Assembly: GCA_009691525.1 (NCBI GenBank)
Contig: SICG01000002.1
Location: forward strand, 1 to 62,423
DNA: 62,423 nucleotides
Direction: 5' to 3'
From: Candidatus Latescibacterota bacterium
GTDB lineage: Bacteria > Latescibacterota > UBA2968 > UBA8231
The notes under the pieces were generated by a model that saw nothing but the letters and a program-made list of their open reading frames with translations, did no database searches and had not been told where the DNA came from. Both the position numbers and the translations under genes were made by a program. This document shows positions 18,148 to 26,658 of the stretch, piece after piece (the stretch's first letter is position 1; each line of letters begins with the position of its first letter).

Positions 18148-18255
18148 CGCGTCGGGAAGCTACCCACTCCGGGCTTTCCATAGGCAAGGAATCCCCCCAC
18201 CTGCCGCTGCGCGAACCCTGGCGGCCCACCCCGCTGGGGTCATCTCCCCTCCGCT
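18148..18255 (+). repeat. Structured intergenic repeat, copy D (shortest, most diverged)
   Basis: CGCGTCGGGAAGCTACCCACTCCGGGCTTTCC...GGGGTCATCTCCCCTCCGC aligns by eye with the arms of the copies at 25089, 27625 and 60518. Confidence 0.6.
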
Positions 18256-18315
18256 TACGGTGCTCGCCATAATCACTGTGGTGAGCCACGAGTATTCCTG
18301 AAAAGGAGGTGTGTT

Positions 18316-20151
18316 ATGCCAGTTTCCCTCAAGAAAATGGTCTTGCTGCCCCGGCCCCGCCGGATCACCCCACGGGCCGGCGGCTTGGTGTTACCTGCCA
18401 CTGGACGGATCGTCTGCGCCACCGCCGCCGCCCAACTCCTGCCCCTGGCCCTCCAGGTGCAGGGGGATCTGGCCCAATGGCAACAGGTGCATTGGGAGTT
18501 GGGGGCCGGGCCGGGGGGAATGGTGCGGATCTGCCTGCGCCCGGGACTGCCGGCCCAGGGCTACCGTCTCGACATCAGCGAGAAGGGCGTCGAACTGAGC
18601 GCCGCTGATTTGGCCGGGGCGCGGTACGGGGTGCAGACCCTGCGCCAGCTTCTCAGACAGTGCCAGGGTTTGTTGCCCCTAGGCCGCATCGACGACTATC
18701 CCGATTTTGCGGTGCGCGGGGTGATGCTCGACGTGACCCGCGACAAGGTGCCCACTCTGCAGACCCTGTGTAATCTGGTGGACCGCCTCGCAGAATGGAA
18801 GTTCAACCACCTGGAACTGTACACCGAGCACACCTTTGCCTATCACAACCACCGCGAGGTATGGTCCCAGGCCAGCCCGCTCACCGGCCAGGATATCCTG
18901 CATCTGGACGCCCACTGCCGGGCCCGGGGGGTGGAGTTGGTGCCCAACCAGAACTCCTTTGGCCATCTGCACCGCTGGCTGGAATTGCCCCGGTACCGCG
19001 AGCTGGCCGAGTGCCCAGATGGATTCGATTTCCCCTGGGGCCGCAGCGAGGAGCCTTTCAGCCTGAGCCCGGCGCATCCGGGCAGCCTCAAGTTGCTGCG
19101 CGAACTCTTCGCCGAACTGCTGCCCCATTTCAGCAGCCGCAAGTTCAACGTCGGCTGCGACGAGACCTTCGACGTGGGCCAGGGCAAGAGCAAGGCGCTG
19201 TGCGAGAAGAAAGGCAAGGGGCGGGTGTACCTCGATTTCCTCAAGCAGATCCACAAGCTGGTGCGTGCCCACGGCCGCACCATGCATTTCTGGGGCGATA
19301 TCATCATCGAACACCCCGAACTGGTGAAGGAGCTGCCCCGCGACGTGGTGGTGCTGGAGTGGGGATACGAGGCCTACCACCCCTTTGCCGAACACGGGGC
19401 CAAGTTCGCCGAGGCCGGCCTGCCTTTCTATGTCTGCCCCGGCACCTCCTCGTGGAATTCCATTGCCGGCCGCACCCGCAATTGCCTGGGCAACCTGACC
19501 AACGCGGCCCAGCACGGGTTGCGGAATGGCGCGGTGGGTTTCCTGATGACCGACTGGGGCGACAACGGCCACTGGCAGTATCAGCCGGTCAGCTATTTGG
19601 GTTTTGCCGCCGGGGCCGGCCTGTCCTGGTGCCGGGCCACCAACGAGGATGCCGACTGGGCCGCGGCGCTCGATTTACACGCCTTTGGCGACCGGGCCGG
19701 GGTGATGGGCCGGGCGGCCGTGGCCCTGGGGGACGCGTACCTGCGCACCGGGCACCAGCCCCACAATTCCAGCCCGCTCTTCCATATCATCCAACGGCCC
19801 GCCACCCAGCAACTGCACCGGGCGGTGACCGAGAAGCGGCTGGCGGCCACCCGCGAGTACATCGAGGCAGTGGCCGCACCCCTGGCCCTGGCCCGGATGG
19901 AGGGGGCCGAAGGGGCCCTGGTGCGCGACGAGTATGACAACACCGTGCAGATGTTGCGGCACGCCTGTGAGCGCGGCCTGGCCCTGCGGCGGGGGGTGCT
20001 GGGCCGAAGCGCGATAAAACGCCGGCTGGCCGAAGATATGCGGGTGATCTTGGGCGAACACCGCCGGCTGTGGATCGCGCGCAACCGGGAGGGCGGGTTG
20101 CAGGACAGCGCCCGCCGGCTGGAGATGCGGCTGGCGGAGTACACTTCGTGA
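18316..20151 (+). CDS. GH20 beta-N-acetylhexosaminidase-like glycoside hydrolase
   Basis: 611 aa. AAGGAGG lies 7 nt upstream. IDDYPDFAVRGVMLDVTRDK, FNHLELYTEH and FNVGCDET (D-E catalytic pair context). Confidence 0.75.
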   Translation: MPVSLKKMVLLPRPRRITPRAGGLVLPATGRIVCATAAAQLLPLALQVQGDLAQWQQVHWELGAGPGGMVRICLRPGLPAQGYRLDISEKGVELSAADLAGARYGVQTLRQLLRQCQGLLPLGRIDDYPDFAVRGVMLDVTRDKVPTLQTLCNLVDRLAEWKFNHLELYTEHTFAYHNHREVWSQASPLTGQDILHLDAHCRARGVELVPNQNSFGHLHRWLELPRYRELAECPDGFDFPWGRSEEPFSLSPAHPGSLKLLRELFAELLPHFSSRKFNVGCDETFDVGQGKSKALCEKKGKGRVYLDFLKQIHKLVRAHGRTMHFWGDIIIEHPELVKELPRDVVVLEWGYEAYHPFAEHGAKFAEAGLPFYVCPGTSSWNSIAGRTRNCLGNLTNAAQHGLRNGAVGFLMTDWGDNGHWQYQPVSYLGFAAGAGLSWCRATNEDADWAAALDLHAFGDRAGVMGRAAVALGDAYLRTGHQPHNSSPLFHIIQRPATQQLHRAVTEKRLAATREYIEAVAAPLALARMEGAEGALVRDEYDNTVQMLRHACERGLALRRGVLGRSAIKRRLAEDMRVILGEHRRLWIARNREGGLQDSARRLEMRLAEYTS

Positions 20152-20161
20152 GGAGGAGACG

Positions 20162-20857
20162 ATGATCATCTGGGTGCGCGTGGAGACCCTAGCCAAGTAT
20201 GAGGCCGGCAACGGGGACTTCAACCTCAAGCGCAAGTTCGAGCAGGTCTCCGGCGAGCCCTGCCTGGTCCTGCATATGTCGCAGGCCACGCCCGAGCTGG
20301 TTGGCGAACTCAAACCGCGGGCGCTGCTGCTGAGCGGTTGCGGTACCTGGTTCCGCGATTTCGAGGTGCGGGAGTTCTATGTCTTCGAGGATCTGGTGCG
20401 GGCTTTCCCCGAGATCCCCACCCTGGCCTTCTGCGGCAGCCACCAGTTGCTAGGCTTCGTGTACAATCATGGATTCCGCAATCTGAAGCGGGTGGAGGAC
20501 GAACCCATGCGCCGGCTGCAGCCGGGCGAGCCGCAGGTGGGCATGGTGAACGCCGACAGCGCCGGGTACTTCACCGAGCAGGGATTCTATCCGATTCAGG
20601 GGGTCAAAGCCGATCCGCTTTTCGCCGAGTTGCCCGATCCCTTCCTGGTGCGCGAGTCCCACACCTGTGAAGTCAAGCAGTTGCCTGCGGAGTTTGAGCT
20701 GATCGCCACCAACGAAAATTGCCGGGTGCAGGCGATGAAACACTGCCAGCGCCCGCTCTGGAGCACCCAGTTCCACCCCGAAGCCTGGCAGGACGAGTAC
20801 CCGCACGGCAGAGAAATTCTGAGCAACTTCTTCCGTTTGGCCGGCATCATTCACTGA
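20162..20857 (+). CDS. Class I glutamine amidotransferase-like protein (stand-alone GATase1)
   Basis: 231 aa. Cys nucleophile context LAFCGSHQLL and His context TQFHPE. GGAGGAG RBS. Confidence 0.65.
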   Translation: MIIWVRVETLAKYEAGNGDFNLKRKFEQVSGEPCLVLHMSQATPELVGELKPRALLLSGCGTWFRDFEVREFYVFEDLVRAFPEIPTLAFCGSHQLLGFVYNHGFRNLKRVEDEPMRRLQPGEPQVGMVNADSAGYFTEQGFYPIQGVKADPLFAELPDPFLVRESHTCEVKQLPAEFELIATNENCRVQAMKHCQRPLWSTQFHPEAWQDEYPHGREILSNFFRLAGIIH

Positions 20858-20869
20858 GAGGAGGACCAC

Positions 20870-22054
20870 ATGTATCGTATGGGCGAAGCCGAGGTCCGGC
20901 GCGTCAGGAAGGTGATCCAGAGCGGCAGGATGTTTCGTTACTCCGAAGGAGGGGAGTGTGCCACTTTTGAGCGGGACTGGGCCGCCCACGTGGGGGTGAA
21001 ATACGCGCGCCTGACCACCAGTGGCACCACCGCCCTGTACGCGGCGCTGGTGGGTTTAGGCATCGGCCCGGGTTGCCAGGTGATCGTGCCCTCCTATACC
21101 TACATGGCCACCGCGCTGGCGGTGCTGGCCGCCGGGGCCATTCCGGTGGTGGCCGACGTGGATGAGTCGCTGACCCTCTCGCCCAAGGACGTGGAGCGCC
21201 GCATCACCCGCTACACCAAGGCGATCATACCGGTACATATGGTGGGCCTGCCCAGCGACATGGACAAGATCATGCGCCTGGCCCGCAAACACCAGCTGCT
21301 GGTGGTCGAGGACGCCTGCCAGGCCGTGGGCGGGGGGTACAAGGGCAAGAAACTGGGCCGCTTCGGGCATGCCGCCGGCTTCAGTTTCAATTTCTTTAAG
21401 AATATCAGCGCCGGCGAGGGCGGCGGCTTTGTCACGAACGACGAGCAGGCCTTCCTGCGCGGCTCGGTGGCAGTGGACTGCTGCGCCTACTACTGGAACC
21501 CGGACGAGAAGCGGGCCGACCTCCAGTTCGCCGGCCACAACTTCCGCGCCAACGAGTTCTCCGGCGCTCTGCTCAACGAACAGCTCAAACGCCTCGATGA
21601 CATGCTGGACCGTATGCGCAGCGCCAAGCAGGAATTGCTGGAGGTAGGACTGGAGGCGGGGCTGCGCTCGATCAAGAACAACAGCCTCGAATACGAGTGC
21701 GGCAGCCACCTGGGCTTCTACTTCAAAAATGAAAAGGCGGCCCGCACCTTCTGCGACCGCCTGAAGGCACAGAAGGTGAGCGCCTTCCTGCCCATGGACA
21801 CCGGCCGGCACGTCTACACCCGCTGGGACCCCCTCCTGCGCTACCAGGGGGCCCATCACCCGGCCCTCGATCCCTTCAAGATCGAGGCTAACCGGAAATG
21901 CCGTGTCGAGTACTCCCTCGACATGTGCCAGGACTCGCTGGACATCCTCAACCGCGCGGTGCTTATCGGCATGCACCCCGACAATAAGCGGGCGCGTCTG
22001 GGGCAGATGGCCAAAGCGATCCGCGCCGCGGCCAAAGAGGCCGTGCGCAGCTGA
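20870..22054 (+). CDS. DegT/DnrJ/EryC1/StrS family PLP-dependent aminotransferase
   Basis: 394 aa: TSGTTALYAAL, VIVPSYTYMATA, VVEDACQAVGG, SFNFFKNISAGEGG (PLP lysine context). Confidence 0.8.
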   Translation: MYRMGEAEVRRVRKVIQSGRMFRYSEGGECATFERDWAAHVGVKYARLTTSGTTALYAALVGLGIGPGCQVIVPSYTYMATALAVLAAGAIPVVADVDESLTLSPKDVERRITRYTKAIIPVHMVGLPSDMDKIMRLARKHQLLVVEDACQAVGGGYKGKKLGRFGHAAGFSFNFFKNISAGEGGGFVTNDEQAFLRGSVAVDCCAYYWNPDEKRADLQFAGHNFRANEFSGALLNEQLKRLDDMLDRMRSAKQELLEVGLEAGLRSIKNNSLEYECGSHLGFYFKNEKAARTFCDRLKAQKVSAFLPMDTGRHVYTRWDPLLRYQGAHHPALDPFKIEANRKCRVEYSLDMCQDSLDILNRAVLIGMHPDNKRARLGQMAKAIRAAAKEAVRS

Positions 22055-23820
22055 TGGCTTGGGAAGCCTGGTTCACCCTGGGGCTGCTGGCGCTGATGCT
22101 GGGCCTGTTGGCGTTCACCCGGCTCAGCGCCGACCTGGTGATGGTGGGCACCCTGGTGGCTCTGCTGGTCTCCAAGGTGCTCACCCCGGAACAGGCCCTG
22201 GCAGGGCTGGCCAACGAGGGCATGGTGACGGTGGCGGTGCTCTTCGTGGTGGTGGCCGGCCTCAAGGAGACTGGCGGTATCGCCGTCCTGGCCCAGCGGG
22301 TGCTGGGCCACCCCAAGTCCATCCTGCAGGCCCAGGCCCGGCTGATGCTGCCGGTGGCCGCCCTGAGCGCCTTCGTCAACAATACCCCCATCGTCGCCAT
22401 GCTGGTGCCGGTGGTGGTCGAATGGGCCAAGAAATATCAGCTCTCGGTGTCCAGGCTGCTGATCCCCCTCAGCTTTGCCACGGTGCTGGGCGGCCTGTGT
22501 ACCCTGGTCGGGACCAGCACCAACCTGGTGGTCAGCGGTCTCTTGGCCAAGACCACCGGCGTGCAGCTGGGTCTTTTCGCGCCGGCCTGGGTGGGAGTGC
22601 CCACCGCAGTGGCCGGCCTGCTCTACCTGCTCGCGGTCGGCCGCTGGCTGCTGCCAGAGCGCCAGCCTCCGCTCAAGCAGTTGGAGGACCCGCGCCAGTA
22701 CACCGTGGAGATGCTGGTGGCCGGCGATGGTCCCCTGATCGGGAAGACGATTGAAGAGGCCGGCCTGCGCCACCTGCAGGGTATGTATTTGATGGAGATC
22801 GGGCGGGGGGAGGAGGTGCTGGTGGCCGTCTCCTCCCAGGAACGGCTCAAGGCCGCGGACCGGCTGGTTTTTGTCGGCATTGTCGATTCGGTGGTCGAGC
22901 TGCACAAGATCCGCGGCCTGGTGCCGGCCACCGAGCAGGTCTTCAAACTCGACGCCCCTCGCGCCACCCGCAGTCTGATCGAGGCGGTGGTCTCCGACAG
23001 TTGCCCGCTGGTGGGTAAAAGCATCCGCGAGGGCCGTTTCCGCGCCGTGTACAACGCCGCGGTGGTGGCGGTGGCCCGCAACGGCCAGCAGTTGCGCCAG
23101 AAGATCGGCGACATCGTGCTGCGCACCGGCGACACCCTGCTTTTGGAGGCCCATCCCTCTTTTGTGGCGCAGCAACGCAACTCCCGGGACTTTTTCCTGG
23201 TCAGCCGCCTAGAAGATTCCAGTCCGCCCAGGCACGAACGGACCTGGATCGCCCTCGGCATCCTGGTGGCGATGATTGCGGCGGCCAGCTTCGAGGTGAT
23301 GAGTATGCTCAGCGCGGCGGTCCTGGCCGCCGGGTCCATGGTGCTGGCCCGCTGCTGTAGCCGGCTGCAGGCCTATCGGGCCATCGACTGGGAGGTGCTG
23401 GTGGTGATCGCCTCCTCCTTTGGGCTGGGCAAGGCCCTGGAGGTGAGCGGGGCGGCGGCCCATATCGCCAGTGCCCTGGCCCAACTGGCAGGGGGGGACC
23501 CGTGGGTGAGCCTGGTGCTTATCTACGTCATGGCGCTGGTCTTCACCGAGGTGCTCACCAACAACGCGGCAGCCGTATTGGTCTTCCCCATCGCCATGGC
23601 CACCGCTGCCAGTTTACACGTCAGCTACCTGCCTTACATCATAGCGCTGATGATGGCTGCCTCGGCGGCTTTTGCCACCCCCATCGGTTATACGACCAAT
23701 CTGATGATCTACGGTCCGGGGGGGTACCGCTTCACCGACTTCACCCGCATCGGCCTGCCCCTGAATCTGGTAGCCGGCACGGTGACGGTGCTGCTGGCGC
23801 CCCTGGTCTGGCCTTTCTGA
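22054..23820 (+). CDS. SLC13/DASS-type permease with central TrkA-C domains
   Basis: 588 aa. Hydrophobic N and C halves flank two soluble repeats (..GKTIEEAGLRHL.., ..GKSIREGRFR..). The ATG overlaps the upstream stop (TGATG). Confidence 0.75.
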   Translation: MAWEAWFTLGLLALMLGLLAFTRLSADLVMVGTLVALLVSKVLTPEQALAGLANEGMVTVAVLFVVVAGLKETGGIAVLAQRVLGHPKSILQAQARLMLPVAALSAFVNNTPIVAMLVPVVVEWAKKYQLSVSRLLIPLSFATVLGGLCTLVGTSTNLVVSGLLAKTTGVQLGLFAPAWVGVPTAVAGLLYLLAVGRWLLPERQPPLKQLEDPRQYTVEMLVAGDGPLIGKTIEEAGLRHLQGMYLMEIGRGEEVLVAVSSQERLKAADRLVFVGIVDSVVELHKIRGLVPATEQVFKLDAPRATRSLIEAVVSDSCPLVGKSIREGRFRAVYNAAVVAVARNGQQLRQKIGDIVLRTGDTLLLEAHPSFVAQQRNSRDFFLVSRLEDSSPPRHERTWIALGILVAMIAAASFEVMSMLSAAVLAAGSMVLARCCSRLQAYRAIDWEVLVVIASSFGLGKALEVSGAAAHIASALAQLAGGDPWVSLVLIYVMALVFTEVLTNNAAAVLVFPIAMATAASLHVSYLPYIIALMMAASAAFATPIGYTTNLMIYGPGGYRFTDFTRIGLPLNLVAGTVTVLLAPLVWPF

Positions 23821-23830
23821 GGGAGAAGCG

Positions 23831-25078
23831 GTGAAACGCGAAGTCGATGTCCTGGTGATCGGCGGTGGGGTGATCGGGGTGTGTGCGGCCTACTACCTGG
23901 GCCAACAAGGCCGGCGGGTGACCCTGGTGGAAAAGGGGGAGATCTGCGCCGGCAGCTCCTACGGCAATGCCGGCCTGGTGGTGCCCAGCCACAGTGTGCC
24001 CCTGGCCGCTCCGGGCGTGGCGCCCAAAGCCCTGGGCTGGATGTTCGACCGCGACAGCCCCTTCTACATCGAACCGCGTTGGGACGGGGCGCTATGGCGC
24101 TGGCTGTGGCGCTTCTGGCGTTCTGGCACCGAGGCCCATGTGCGGCGGGCCATGCCTCTCCTGCGCGACCTGCACCTGGCCAGCCGGGGCCTCTTCGCCG
24201 AGTTGACCCGGCTGGAGGGCATGGCCTGCAGCTACGAGCAGCGCGGGGTGCTCTACGCTTTTAATACCTGCGTGGGGCTGGCAGGGGGCGTCGCCGAGGC
24301 CGAGCGCCTGCAGGAGGCCGGCCTTCAGGCCCAGGTGCTGGACCGGACCGCTGTTTGCGCGTTGGAAGGTCTGGAGGTGTCGGTCGAGGGTGGGGTCTAC
24401 TACCCACAGGACGCCCACCTGGTCCCCGACCGTTTTGTGCGCGGCCTGAGCGGGCACCTGGCCGGGCAGGGGGCCGAGGTGCTGCCGCATACCGAGGTGC
24501 TGGGTCTGGTCCGCCAGGGGGATAGGGTGAGTTCGGTGCAGACCACGCGGGGGGACTTTGCCCCCCGGGAGGTGGTGCTGGCTGCCGGTTCGTGGTCGCC
24601 GCTCCTGGCCGCCCAGTTGGGTTTGTCCCTGCCCATCCAGCCGGCCAAGGGCTACAGCATCACTTTTAAGAAGCCCGCAGTTTGTCCGGCGGTGCCGCTG
24701 CTCTTGGGCGAGGCCAAGGTGGGGGTGACGCCGATGGGGGAGTTGCTGCGTTTCGCCGGCACCCTGGAATTGGCAGGCCTGGATCTGTCTCTTAGCCGAC
24801 GCCGGGTGGCGGCGATTCTCCGGGGCGTGCCCGCGTACCTTCCCCAACTCGACCCTGCGGCCCTCGAACTGGTCGAGGTATGGCGGGGCCTGCGGCCCTG
24901 CACCCCCGACGGTCTGCCCTTCCTGGGCCGGGCGCCCGGCTGCGAAAACCTGACGGTTGCTGCCGGCCACGCCACCATTGGCCTCTCGTTGGGGCCGATC
25001 ACCGGCAAGTTGGTCTCCCAGGTGGTGTGTGGCGTTCCCGAAATGGACCTGAACCTGCTGCGGGTGAATAGGTTCTAG
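23831..25078 (+). CDS. FAD-dependent oxidoreductase (D-amino-acid dehydrogenase / DAO family)
   Basis: 415 aa, GTG start. VDVLVIGGGVIGVCAAYYL dinucleotide fold and GSSYGNAG. The C-terminus resembles DadA-like enzymes. Confidence 0.75.
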   Translation: MKREVDVLVIGGGVIGVCAAYYLGQQGRRVTLVEKGEICAGSSYGNAGLVVPSHSVPLAAPGVAPKALGWMFDRDSPFYIEPRWDGALWRWLWRFWRSGTEAHVRRAMPLLRDLHLASRGLFAELTRLEGMACSYEQRGVLYAFNTCVGLAGGVAEAERLQEAGLQAQVLDRTAVCALEGLEVSVEGGVYYPQDAHLVPDRFVRGLSGHLAGQGAEVLPHTEVLGLVRQGDRVSSVQTTRGDFAPREVVLAAGSWSPLLAAQLGLSLPIQPAKGYSITFKKPAVCPAVPLLLGEAKVGVTPMGELLRFAGTLELAGLDLSLSRRRVAAILRGVPAYLPQLDPAALELVEVWRGLRPCTPDGLPFLGRAPGCENLTVAAGHATIGLSLGPITGKLVSQVVCGVPEMDLNLLRVNRF

Positions 25079-25088
25079 CGCGACGAGG

Positions 25089-25307
25089 CGCGTCGGGGAG
25101 CGACCCACTCCGGCCTTTCCGAAGGCGCGCCCCGCGACACCATATAGATGGTGTCGCGTCCCGACCCGCCGCACGGCCCCCGCAACGCCCCATACGTTGG
25201 GGCGTTGCGTCCCCTCGCTCGCATAGCTCCGCTACCCGGCCCCCAGCCACGCAGACTTCCCTTCCCGGCCACTCCCCGGGAAAGGCCTCGGGGTCATCTC
25301 CCCGCCG
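25089..25307 (+). repeat. Structured intergenic repeat, copy A (full form with two hairpin cassettes)
   Basis: Left arm GCGTCGGGGAGCGACCCACTCCGGCCTTTCC. Hairpins at 25133-25158 and 25181-25209. Right arm GACTTCCCTTCCCGGCCACTCCCCGGGAAAGGCCTCGGGGTCATCTCCCCGCCG. Confidence 0.75.
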
Positions 25308-25320
25308 CGTGCGCTGGTGA

Positions 25321-25499
25321 GACAGCGAGTGGCCAGCTGATTTTGGTGACGCCCAGGGACGTGGGAGTGCCCCGCAGGCGGTTCTGGGGGAATGGTGGTG
25401 GGGCAGGACCGCAGGGCTGGGCAGTGGGGAAGCGTAGTTTAAGGAGCGAGGGGGAAGGTCCGGGACTGCAGAAACGCCGGAGTGGGCACCCCACGGACC
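25321..25499 (-). repeat. Structured intergenic repeat, copy E (inverted, diverged, tail-to-tail with copy A)
   Basis: The reverse complement reads GTCCGTGGGGTGCCCACTCCGGCGTTTC...CCCCCTCGCTCC...GCCCTGCGG..., matching the left arm and core of copy C by eye. The right arm is weak. Confidence 0.5.
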
Positions 25500-25532
25500 G
25501 GGCCGCCAACAGTTCATCTTTTCCTCGACAAA

Positions 25533-26639
25533 CTACAATTCCACCAGGTGCGGCTTCAGCGCCTCCTCGTCGAATTCCACTCCCAGGCCGGGCCGGTCCG
25601 GCACCACCAGGCAGCTGTCTTCGAGGACCAGCGGATGCTGGAGCACGTCGTTGCGCCAGGGGATCACGCTGGGGGCCAGCATCTCCTGGATCAGGGCGTT
25701 GGGGATGGCCCCCATCACGTGGGCGGCGGCCATGATGCCCACCGGGCCCTTGGTGTTGTGGGGTGCGATCGTCACTTGGTAGACCTCGGCCAGGGCTGCC
25801 ACCTTCTTCATTTCGGTGATGCCCCCGATGTAGACGATGTCGGGCTGGGCCACGTCCACGGCACCGGCGCGGAAGAAATCGTTGAAGCGGTGTTTGCTGG
25901 TCAAGCGTTCGGAGCCGGCGATGGGGGTGGAGGTGCCCTGGCGGATGCGGGCATACCCTTCCGGATCCTCGGGGATCGTGGGCTCCTCGAAGAAGAGCAG
26001 GCGATAGGGTTCGATCAGCCGGGCGATCTCCAGGGCGGTGGGCGGGTCGAAGAGGGCGTGGGGGTCCTCCATGATCTGCACGTCGTCGCCCACCACCTGC
26101 CTCAAAGCGTCGAAGCGGCGGTCGATGTCGCGCAGCTGCTGGCGGGTGATCTTGGGGCCGCGCGCCTCGTAGATGGAGATCTCGGACTTGAGGGCATTGA
26201 AGCCCTGGGCCAGGATGCGCTGGGCGCTGTCGATCATCGCCGGGATCTCGCGGCCGCCGTAATGGGCGTACACCGGCACTTTGGCCGTGCGCGGGCCGCC
26301 CAGCAGGGCGCAGACCGGAGCGTTGAGGGCTTTGCCCTTCAGGTCCCACAGGGCCTGGTCGATGCCGCTGATGGCGCTGGTGAAGATCACCCCGCCAGTG
26401 CGGTACCCGGTGCGGCCGCCGGCGTACAGGTCCAGGTAGATGCGCTCGCTGTCAAAGGGGTCCCTGCCGATCAGGTGCTGTTTGAGATCCAGCACCATGG
26501 CCGCCACCACCCGCTCCTTATGGCTATAGGTGGCCTCGCCGAGGCCGCTGAGGCCCTCGTCGGTATGCACCCGCACCAGGGTCCACTTGCGGCCGCAGTC
26601 GGATTGCACCAGCTGGACGGTGACATCGGTGATCTTCAT
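25533..26639 (-). CDS. Enolase-superfamily (MR/MLE) sugar-acid dehydratase, second copy
   Basis: 368 aa: MKITDVTVQLV.., DQALWDLKGK, FFEEP, GSERL, AQPDIVYIGG. Confidence 0.8.
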   Translation of the reverse strand: MKITDVTVQLVQSDCGRKWTLVRVHTDEGLSGLGEATYSHKERVVAAMVLDLKQHLIGRDPFDSERIYLDLYAGGRTGYRTGGVIFTSAISGIDQALWDLKGKALNAPVCALLGGPRTAKVPVYAHYGGREIPAMIDSAQRILAQGFNALKSEISIYEARGPKITRQQLRDIDRRFDALRQVVGDDVQIMEDPHALFDPPTALEIARLIEPYRLLFFEEPTIPEDPEGYARIRQGTSTPIAGSERLTSKHRFNDFFRAGAVDVAQPDIVYIGGITEMKKVAALAEVYQVTIAPHNTKGPVGIMAAAHVMGAIPNALIQEMLAPSVIPWRNDVLQHPLVLEDSCLVVPDRPGLGVEFDEEALKPHLVEL

Positions 26640-26658
26640 GGCTGGTTCCTCTCGGGGA

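Noticed and set aside
24999-25517. The peptide FPGEWPGREV recurs in the minus-strand ORFs 24999..25517 and 59486..60733, which could suggest a small conserved protein.
   Set aside because: The shared peptide is simply the translation of the repeated right arm of the intergenic repeat. The flanking translation is not conserved between copies, and copy C breaks the frame.
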